NCBI RefSeq assembly: GCF_000803625.1
Contig: NZ_CP007496.1
Location: 360,001 to 392,000, forward strand
Source of the DNA: Candidatus Nanosynbacter lyticus
Lineage (GTDB): Bacteria > Patescibacteriota > Saccharimonadia > Saccharimonadales > Saccharimonadaceae
Direction of reading: 5' to 3'
Length of the DNA: 32,000 nucleotides
Under the pieces are notes generated by a model that saw only the letters and a program-made list of their open reading frames with translations, was not told the origin of the DNA and made no database searches. A program made the position numbers and the translations under genes. Of this stretch, positions 9,151 to 15,930 are shown piece after piece; the stretch's first letter is position 1, and every line of letters starts with the position of its first letter.

Positions 9151-9179
9151 ATCGTATATTGCAATATGGCAGACTTCAA
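9151..9179 (-). promoter_or_regulatory. predicted promoter TTGAAG-17-TACGAT, 6 nt before ATG 9144
   Basis: Reverse complement TTGAAGTCTGCCATATTGCAATATACGATACATACATG. Confidence 0.5.
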
Positions 9180-9201
9180 GCACAAGCATTGCCTCATGCG
9201 G

Positions 9202-9207
9202 TATACT
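9202..9207 (+). promoter_or_regulatory. -10 box TATACT exactly 6 nt before glgB ATG
   Basis: GTATACTATAACCATG; no convincing -35. Confidence 0.5.
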
Positions 9208-9213
9208 ATAACC

Positions 9214-11181
9214 ATGAGCAAGAAAACCCTGGTTGAGCTTGACCCGTGGTTGGCGCCGCACGAGGGTGTCATCAGCGCCCGTGAGGCGTATGTTTCGTCG
9301 ACAATAATGAAGGTTCTGAGCGGTAAATCGCCGGCGAAGTTTGCCTTAGGATTTCATCATTTTGGCTTACATCAGACGGCGGCGGGCTGGACATTTCGTG
9401 AGTGGGCACCGAATGCTACGCACGTAGTGATGGTTGGCGAGTTTTCTGACTGGCAAGAACGCGAGGAGTTTACTCTGCAACCAGACGCACACGGTGAGTG
9501 GAGTGTTGATTTGCCAAAAGACGCACTGCACCACAGCCAGAAATATAAACTACGAGTCTATTGGCCAGGTGGCGACGGTTGGCGTTTGCCATCATACGCC
9601 ACCTACGTTATTCAAGATGATGACTCGGTGGATTTTTCGGCCGTCGTGTGGCGGCCTGATGAGCCATACCAGTGGCAGTATGATATTCCACCTGCTCCGC
9701 GCGTGCCGCTAATTTACGAGGCGCATGTTGGCATGAGTAGCGAGGAGGAAAAGGTTGCCAGTTTCAATGAATTTACCGCCAATATCCTGCCACGCATCAA
9801 ACAAGCCGGCTATAATACCATCCAGCTGATGGCCATCGCCGAGCACCCGTACTACGGCAGTTTTGGCTACCATGTCAGCAACTTTTTCGCCGTGTCGTCG
9901 CGCTTTGGCACGCCCGATGATTTCAAGCGGTTGGTTGACGCGGCGCACGGTTTGGGGCTACGCGTCATCATTGACATTGTTCATGCTCATGCCGCCAAAA
10001 ATGAAGTCGAAGGCCTCGGCAATTTCGCGGGTGATCCAACGCAATATTTCAAGGCTCACGACCATCCAGCCTGGGACTCGCGGTTGTTTGACTATGGCAA
10101 GCCGGAAGTACTGCACTTTTTGGCCAGCAATTGCCGCTGGTGGCTGGACGAGTACCATGTTGACGGCTTTCGATTTGACGGTGTAACCAGTATGCTATAT
10201 CATGACCACGGTTTGGGCAAAAGTTTCACCAGCTATGATGATTATTTTGGTGATGATGTTGATAAGGACGCATTGGTCTACCTGAGACTGGCAAATGATG
10301 TCATTCACGCTGTTCGCCCCGATGCCACGACCATTGCCGAGGAAATGAGCGGGCTGCCAGGCTTGGCGGCACTGACTGAATATGGCGGCCTGGGCTTTGA
10401 TTATCGGTTACAGATGGGCACGCCTGATCTTTGGATCAAGACATTGAAAGAAAAGCGCGACGAAGATTGGGACTTAGGTGGATTGGCTCACACACTGAGT
10501 TCGCACCGCCCAGAGGAAAAAGTCATCACTTATGCCGAGAGTCACGACCAAGCCTTGGTCGGCGACAAGACGCTGATTTTTCGTCTGATCGACAAAGCCA
10601 TGTACTGGAATATGGATAAAGCCGATCCCAATTTAACCGTGGAGCGCGGCATAGCCCTACATAAACTGATTCGACTACTGACCACTGGGCTACACGGCGG
10701 CGGTTACCTTAACTTTATGGGCAATGAATTTGGGCATCCTGAGTGGATTGATTTTCCGCGCGAGGGCAATAATTGGTCGTTTAAGCACGCTCGTCGGCAA
10801 TGGAATTTACGCGACAACGGCTTCTTAAAATATCAATGGCTGGGCGAATTTGACGCGGCGCTGATGAAGATTATTAGGCAAATTGATGATCCTAATATTC
10901 ACCATTTGACGGTTCGCCAATCTGATCATATGGTCAGTTTTATGCACGGCGACTTTTTCTTTGTTATTAATTTTTCCCCAAATAAATCCCACTCAGATTA
11001 CGAAGCACCCGCAGAAGCTGGCTCTTATAAATTGGCATTAAGTAGCGACGACAAGAACTTCGGCGGACAGGAGCGAATAGATCATAATTCCCGTTTTTTC
11101 ACTTCCCCAGCTGATAACAATCACAATCTTAAAGTTTACTTGCCAGCCAGAACGGGCATTATTTTACAGAAAGTTGACTAA
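9214..11181 (+). CDS. glgB: 1,4-alpha-glucan branching enzyme (GH13)
   Basis: YEAHVGMSSEEEKVASFNEF, WDSRLFDYGKPEVLHFLASNCRWWLDEYHVDGFRFDGVTSMLYHDHG, NFMGNEFGHPEWIDFPREGNNWS. Confidence 0.95.
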   Translation: MSKKTLVELDPWLAPHEGVISAREAYVSSTIMKVLSGKSPAKFALGFHHFGLHQTAAGWTFREWAPNATHVVMVGEFSDWQEREEFTLQPDAHGEWSVDLPKDALHHSQKYKLRVYWPGGDGWRLPSYATYVIQDDDSVDFSAVVWRPDEPYQWQYDIPPAPRVPLIYEAHVGMSSEEEKVASFNEFTANILPRIKQAGYNTIQLMAIAEHPYYGSFGYHVSNFFAVSSRFGTPDDFKRLVDAAHGLGLRVIIDIVHAHAAKNEVEGLGNFAGDPTQYFKAHDHPAWDSRLFDYGKPEVLHFLASNCRWWLDEYHVDGFRFDGVTSMLYHDHGLGKSFTSYDDYFGDDVDKDALVYLRLANDVIHAVRPDATTIAEEMSGLPGLAALTEYGGLGFDYRLQMGTPDLWIKTLKEKRDEDWDLGGLAHTLSSHRPEEKVITYAESHDQALVGDKTLIFRLIDKAMYWNMDKADPNLTVERGIALHKLIRLLTTGLHGGGYLNFMGNEFGHPEWIDFPREGNNWSFKHARRQWNLRDNGFLKYQWLGEFDAALMKIIRQIDDPNIHHLTVRQSDHMVSFMHGDFFFVINFSPNKSHSDYEAPAEAGSYKLALSSDDKNFGGQERIDHNSRFFTSPADNNHNLKVYLPARTGIILQKVD

Positions 11182-11194
11182 TCTCCTACCAATG

Positions 11195-11223
11195 TTGACT
11201 TTTTTACGCAAGTGTGGCATAAA
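11195..11223 (+). promoter_or_regulatory. possible promoter TTGACT-17-CATAAA with TG extension
   Basis: TTGACTTTTTTACGCAAGTGTGGCATAAA upstream of the 11300 gene. Confidence 0.4.
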
Positions 11224-11232
11224 TTAATACAG

Positions 11233-11262
11233 ACTTTTGTTGACAATCCCGTCAACAAAAGT
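11233..11262 (+). other. perfect 12-bp inverted repeat / hairpin in predicted 5' UTR
   Basis: ACTTTTGTTGAC-AATCCC-GTCAACAAAAGT, no following T-run. Confidence 0.85.
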
Positions 11263-11299
11263 AGTCCTTGCATGATTCAAAAGAGTAGAGGAGTACATC

Positions 11300-11707
11300 A
11301 TGCTGAAACTCAAACTTGCTGTCGCGTCCATCGCCCTGACTGGTCTGGTGCTACTCCTTATGGGGAGTACGTACCTAACGACGAGCTGCTCTATCATCTG
11401 TACAGCAGCAGCGCTGTCCCTGTCACTCCATCTAGTATTTAGATGGTTCACAGGAGAACAACACGACTATCTACTATGGCTCTTCTTGGCAGCAGCGTAC
11501 ATTATATCGGGATCGATGGCAATTAGTGTACTCCAAGACGTCGGAGCTGTCGATACGGCGCTTAGTGCTGTAATCGACCCGGTGCAGAAAATAGAGACAG
11601 TAGGGTATTATACCTCGTCTCTGAACTCTATCGCTATCCTTCTCGCGGTTATCATCCCATCGTCGCCCACGCGCGATGATGATGACGGCGATAGCGACGA
11701 GGGCTAA
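11300..11707 (+). CDS. small membrane protein with acidic C-terminus
   Basis: Hydrophobic segments, SD AGAGGAG before ATG; C-terminal tail SPTRDDDDGDSDEG. Confidence 0.7.
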   Translation: MLKLKLAVASIALTGLVLLLMGSTYLTTSCSIICTAAALSLSLHLVFRWFTGEQHDYLLWLFLAAAYIISGSMAISVLQDVGAVDTALSAVIDPVQKIETVGYYTSSLNSIAILLAVIIPSSPTRDDDDGDSDEG

Positions 11708-11708
11708 C

Positions 11709-11768
11709 GCCCGCTAAGAAATAGTTCGCTTGAGACTTTTAGTCTAGGCTGGATCTCTCTTGGCGGGC
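11709..11768 (+). terminator. likely terminator-like composite stem-loop
   Basis: GCCCGCTAAG ... CTTGGCGGGC (G.U-tolerant 10 bp) then TATTTCTATT; nested AGACT-TTT-AGTCT. Confidence 0.5.
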
Positions 11769-11789
11769 TATTTCTATTGGTATAAAATT

Positions 11790-11798
11790 TGTTACACT
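11790..11798 (+). promoter_or_regulatory. extended -10 TGT-TACACT, 7 nt before GTG 11806
   Basis: TTTGTTACACTAAGTATTGTG. Confidence 0.45.
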
Positions 11799-11805
11799 AA
11801 GTATT

Positions 11806-13194
11806 GTGAAGAAAAAAGTACCAAAAATTATTGAACAATCACTAGCCAGAGTGGCTAATTTTTATAGCTTTGAGCCAGTGCATGATTTGGAAAAAATTGA
11901 CGACAGTTTAACGCCGAACATGCGAGCCCTGCGCATGACCATGACTATTGCTGAGCAACTCCTGAGTATGGGAGTGGTGGCGCGCGATGTGGTGCGTATG
12001 TCGCAAGGAATCACTCAGACCTATTGCCAGAAGCGCGTTCACATAGACATTAGTTATACATTGGTGACGGTTTCTCAAGATCGTGGCGTTAATCACGAGC
12101 CGCTGACGATGGCGCGGGTCATTGTACCAGACGACCCTAATTACCAATTAATCCAAGCCTTGCAGATACTCGCTCTTGATATTCGTCATAAACAACTTCC
12201 CTTGGAAGAAGCTGAAGAACGACTGAAGCAAATACTTAAAAAACCAAATAAGCACTCCGGGCTAGTCGTTTACGCAGCGGGAGGTCTGGTTAGCGCCGGT
12301 TCAGTTACTTTATATGGCGGCAGTCTACTAATGGCGGCCTTGGCGTTTTTACTGGGATTTTTAGCGACTGGTTTATTGCGATGGCTGGGGCATATTGGCG
12401 CACCATTATTTTACTCACAGGCTATTGTGGCTATTTTCGTGACACTGATAGCGGCGGGTACAGCTTGGTGTAGTAATTATTTAGGACTAAGTATCAATAC
12501 GACACTATTAGTCATTAGCGGCATTGTCTTATTAGTCGCGGGACTAATGTTTGTCGGCGCATTCCAGGATGCAATCGATGAATATTATATGACCGCTAAC
12601 GCCAGATTATTAAAAGTCGTAATGGCAACAGGTGGTGTAATTGCTGGCGTGATGGTCGGATTATACATTGCGACAAAATTTGGCATTACTTTCCCAGCAA
12701 CACCAGATCGATTAACATTAGCCGACAACCACACACAATATTTGGGCGCTGGAATTATTGCAGCAGCGTTCGTTCTGAGGAATCATTCTCGATTTTTGGG
12801 AATGGTTATATCTGGATTAATTGCAATTTTTGGCTGGTGGATTTCAAGATTAGCTATGAGCTTTGGTTTTGATATCGTAACAGCGAGCGGCATCGCTGCG
12901 GCGGCAATTGGGCTGGTCGCAGTCCTGACTTCCAGATTATGGAAATTCCCTTCCCTGGCGATTATTGCGGCGGGAATCGTACCACTAGTCCCAGGCTTGT
13001 CACTTTACAACGGATTAATGGGCGTCGTTCTATATCCGCCAAACAGCGCAAACTTCCTACCAGCCTTGGCTATCTTAGCGCGAGCAATCCTCATCGGCGT
13101 AGCGGTGGCAATTGGCGCATCATTCGGAAACGTCGTCGGCCGCCCAATTCGCCGACAATTCATTAATTTATTCCGTCGTGGCACTCAAGCATAA
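11806..13194 (+). CDS. threonine/serine exporter (ThrE/YjjP-YjjB-like) family membrane protein
   Basis: Soluble N-terminal domain plus ~10 hydrophobic segments; GAFQDAIDEYYMT, IIAAGIVPLVPGLSLYNG signatures. Confidence 0.8.
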   Translation: MKKKVPKIIEQSLARVANFYSFEPVHDLEKIDDSLTPNMRALRMTMTIAEQLLSMGVVARDVVRMSQGITQTYCQKRVHIDISYTLVTVSQDRGVNHEPLTMARVIVPDDPNYQLIQALQILALDIRHKQLPLEEAEERLKQILKKPNKHSGLVVYAAGGLVSAGSVTLYGGSLLMAALAFLLGFLATGLLRWLGHIGAPLFYSQAIVAIFVTLIAAGTAWCSNYLGLSINTTLLVISGIVLLVAGLMFVGAFQDAIDEYYMTANARLLKVVMATGGVIAGVMVGLYIATKFGITFPATPDRLTLADNHTQYLGAGIIAAAFVLRNHSRFLGMVISGLIAIFGWWISRLAMSFGFDIVTASGIAAAAIGLVAVLTSRLWKFPSLAIIAAGIVPLVPGLSLYNGLMGVVLYPPNSANFLPALAILARAILIGVAVAIGASFGNVVGRPIRRQFINLFRRGTQA

Positions 13195-13673
13195 TGAAAG
13201 AAGATTTATCGCAATTTATCGGACTATCTGACTCTAGACTATTTCATATGCGCGGCGTTGCTTATAAGTCATATGAACTAGCTCGCAACGTTTTTAAAAT
13301 GGAAGAGGACAAGGCACGTAGTTTATTTACAATGGGACTGATGCATGATTTTGCTTATGCCTTCGTCGAGAATCAGACCGAGCATGAACATGAAGGCGGC
13401 AGAATATTGGAATTATCTGGTTTCAATTGGGCTGAGGCTGTGTTTAATCACGGAGATCCTGACGCGGACAATTGGACAGACGAATTGCTGATCTTAAACT
13501 TGGCAGACATGACAACTAGTCCAGACGGCAAGCCGATAACCATAGGTCAACGACTGGAAGATATTGAAAACAGATATGGCACAGATAGCATTCAGGCGAC
13601 AAAAGCGCGCAAATTAAACAAACGAATCAAAGAAGAGCTCGCTAAACGAAACCTAATAATCCCAAACTTATAA
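13194..13673 (+). CDS. HD-domain family protein (putative phosphohydrolase)
   Basis: HMRGVAYKSYELA ... GLMHDFAYAF ... EHEHEGGRIL ... NHGD spaced His/Asp motifs; overlaps the upstream stop. Confidence 0.65.
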   Translation: MKEDLSQFIGLSDSRLFHMRGVAYKSYELARNVFKMEEDKARSLFTMGLMHDFAYAFVENQTEHEHEGGRILELSGFNWAEAVFNHGDPDADNWTDELLILNLADMTTSPDGKPITIGQRLEDIENRYGTDSIQATKARKLNKRIKEELAKRNLIIPNL

Positions 13674-13692
13674 GCCTGAAATTTAGCCAAAC

Positions 13693-13724
13693 AAAAATCC
13701 CCGGATTCGCTCCGGGGATTTTTT
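13693..13724. terminator. bidirectional terminator between HD gene and fusA
   Basis: AAAAATCCCCGGA-TTCGC-TCCGGGGATTTTTT. Confidence 0.95.
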
Positions 13725-13736
13725 ATGAAGTAGAGA

Positions 13737-15827
13737 TTATTTATTTCGCTTTTCGATAATCTCTTGCGCAACGTTTGGTGGAACTTCCTCGTACTGCGCG
13801 AGTTCCATAGTGCTGGCTGCGCGGCCCTGCGACATCGAACGGATGTCTGAGGTATAACCAAACATATTTGCCAATGGCACAAATGCCTTGATCAGCTTGG
13901 CGCCGCCCATCAAATCCTCCATAGCATCAATGCGACCACGACGTGAGTTCAGGTCACCGATGATGTCGCCCATAAACTCTTCTGGGGTGGTGACTTCAAC
14001 CTTCATGACTGGCTCAAGCAAGATTGGGGTTGCTTGCTTGATACCTTCGCGGGCTGCCAAACTACCCGCCAATGAGAAGGCTAGTTCTGAGGAGTCGACA
14101 TCGTGGTACGAGCCATCGTACAGCGTCGCCTTAACGTCAACCACTGGATAGCCAGCGATAACACCGCCCTCCAGAGTTTCCTTGATACCCTTCATGACAG
14201 CTGGGCGATATTCCTGAGGAACCACACCACCTTTAATCTCGTCAACAAACTCAAAACCTTTGCCAGCCTCATTCGGCTCAAAGCGTACCCAGACGTCACC
14301 GTATTGACCGCGACCACCAGACTGCTTGGCGTGCTTACCTTGGACTTCAGCCTTGCCCTTGATTGACTCACGGAAGGCTACCTGCGGCTCACCAATGTTA
14401 GCTTCAACCTTGAACTCGCGCTTCATGCGGTCGATCAAGATGTCCAGATGCAACTCACCCATTCCTGACATGATGGTCTGGCCGGTCTCTTCGTCAGTGT
14501 GGATGCGGAAGGTTGGGTCTTCCTCAGCCAAACGCTGCAAGGCGAGCGCCATCTTCTCCTGGTCAGCCTTTGACTTTGGCTCAACGGCGATAGATACTGG
14601 CGGTTCTGGGAACTCGATACTTTCCAGGGCGATTGGGTGCGCTGGATCAGTCAAGGTGTTACCGGTACCAGTATTCTTCAAACCAACCACCGCAGCGATG
14701 TCGCCAGCAGAGATCTTGTCAATGTCTTCGCGCTTGTCAGCGTGCATTCGAACGATACGACCAATACGCTCCTTATCGCCAGTGGTGGTGTTCAGGACGT
14801 AGCTGCCTGAGTTCAAGACACCTGAGTAGACGCGGATAAAAATCAGCTTACCAACAAATGGGTCAGTAGCAATCTTAAAGGCCAAAGCACTCATCGGCTC
14901 CTTGTCATCTGGTTTGCGGCTCACTTCGTCGCCAGTCTTTGGATTTTTACCCCAAATCTCGTCGACGTCCAGTGGGCTTGGCAAGTAGTCAACCATGAGG
15001 TCAAGCACCTTCTCGACGATGACACCGCGGCCATCGCCACCAGTGACCAAGAAGAAATCACCAGCCAACACGCGCTTGCGCAAGGCAGACTTCAGCTCAT
15101 CAATCGTAATCGCTTCTTCACCCTGGTCGAGGAACTTCATCATTAACTCATCGTCAGCTTCAACGGCGTTCTCCACCAACAAGCTGCGGGCGTTCTGACA
15201 CTTTTCCAGCATATCAGCTGGGATTTCGCCCTGTACCAATTCGTGGTCAGAAAAGTCAGTGTAGGTGTAAGCCTTCATGTCAATCAGGTCAACCACGCCG
15301 TTGATAGTCTTTTCGAAACCAATCGGGATGTGAATTGGGAAAGCTTGCTTACTCAAACGGTTGTGAATTGACTCCAGAGATTTCCAGAAATCACCACCAG
15401 TCTGGTTAATCTTGTTGATAAAGCAGATGCGTGGCACGCCGTATTTGTTGGCCTGGCGCCAGACAGTCTCAGACTGAGCCTCAACACCCATCTTACCGTC
15501 AAACACCGTCACAGCACCGTCGAGGACGCGCAGTGAACGCTCCACCTCAGCGGTAAAGTCGATGTGTCCTGGGGTGTCGATAATGTTGATCTTGTGACCC
15601 TTCCAGAAACAGGTCACGGCTGCTGAAGTAATAGTAATACCGCGCTCTTTTTCCTGCGCCATCCAGTCGGTGGTGGCACCGTCGCCGTCACCCTTCACCA
15701 CACCGATTTTGTGGGTCAAACCAGTGCGATACAAAATACCCTCAGTTGTCGTCGTTTTACCGGCGTCAATATGGGCGATAATACCGATATTTCTAAAATT
15801 TTTCAGCGGAACATTCGTCTCTGCCAT
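13737..15827 (-). CDS. fusA: elongation factor G
   Basis: [58 protein letters not shown]. Confidence 0.99.
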   Translation of the reverse strand: MAETNVPLKNFRNIGIIAHIDAGKTTTTEGILYRTGLTHKIGVVKGDGDGATTDWMAQEKERGITITSAAVTCFWKGHKINIIDTPGHIDFTAEVERSLRVLDGAVTVFDGKMGVEAQSETVWRQANKYGVPRICFINKINQTGGDFWKSLESIHNRLSKQAFPIHIPIGFEKTINGVVDLIDMKAYTYTDFSDHELVQGEIPADMLEKCQNARSLLVENAVEADDELMMKFLDQGEEAITIDELKSALRKRVLAGDFFLVTGGDGRGVIVEKVLDLMVDYLPSPLDVDEIWGKNPKTGDEVSRKPDDKEPMSALAFKIATDPFVGKLIFIRVYSGVLNSGSYVLNTTTGDKERIGRIVRMHADKREDIDKISAGDIAAVVGLKNTGTGNTLTDPAHPIALESIEFPEPPVSIAVEPKSKADQEKMALALQRLAEEDPTFRIHTDEETGQTIMSGMGELHLDILIDRMKREFKVEANIGEPQVAFRESIKGKAEVQGKHAKQSGGRGQYGDVWVRFEPNEAGKGFEFVDEIKGGVVPQEYRPAVMKGIKETLEGGVIAGYPVVDVKATLYDGSYHDVDSSELAFSLAGSLAAREGIKQATPILLEPVMKVEVTTPEEFMGDIIGDLNSRRGRIDAMEDLMGGAKLIKAFVPLANMFGYTSDIRSMSQGRAASTMELAQYEEVPPNVAQEIIEKRNK

Positions 15828-15904
15828 AATTTTCCTTTATATTACGTTAATTTGTCGAGATCTTTGGTCAATTTTTTGGCACCAAAAAACTACTCTTGCG
15901 TTTT

Positions 15905-15913
15905 ATTATATCA
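15905..15913 (-). promoter_or_regulatory. extended -10 TGATATAAT upstream of fusA
   Basis: Reverse complement AACTGATATAATAAAACG; weak -35. Confidence 0.6.
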
Positions 15914-15930
15914 GTTATCTGTAATTTTGA

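Noticed and set aside
9145-9261. N-terminal extension of the 442-aa ORF overlapping glgB
   Set aside because: It would overlap the divergent glgB start; ATG 9144 preceded by a promoter-like sequence is more economical, though unproven.
14326-14802. 158-aa plus-strand ORF antisense to fusA, plus similar antisense ORFs across rpoB, rpoC, rplC and ldh
   Set aside because: Expected by-products of codon bias in conserved opposite-strand genes; no independent start signals.
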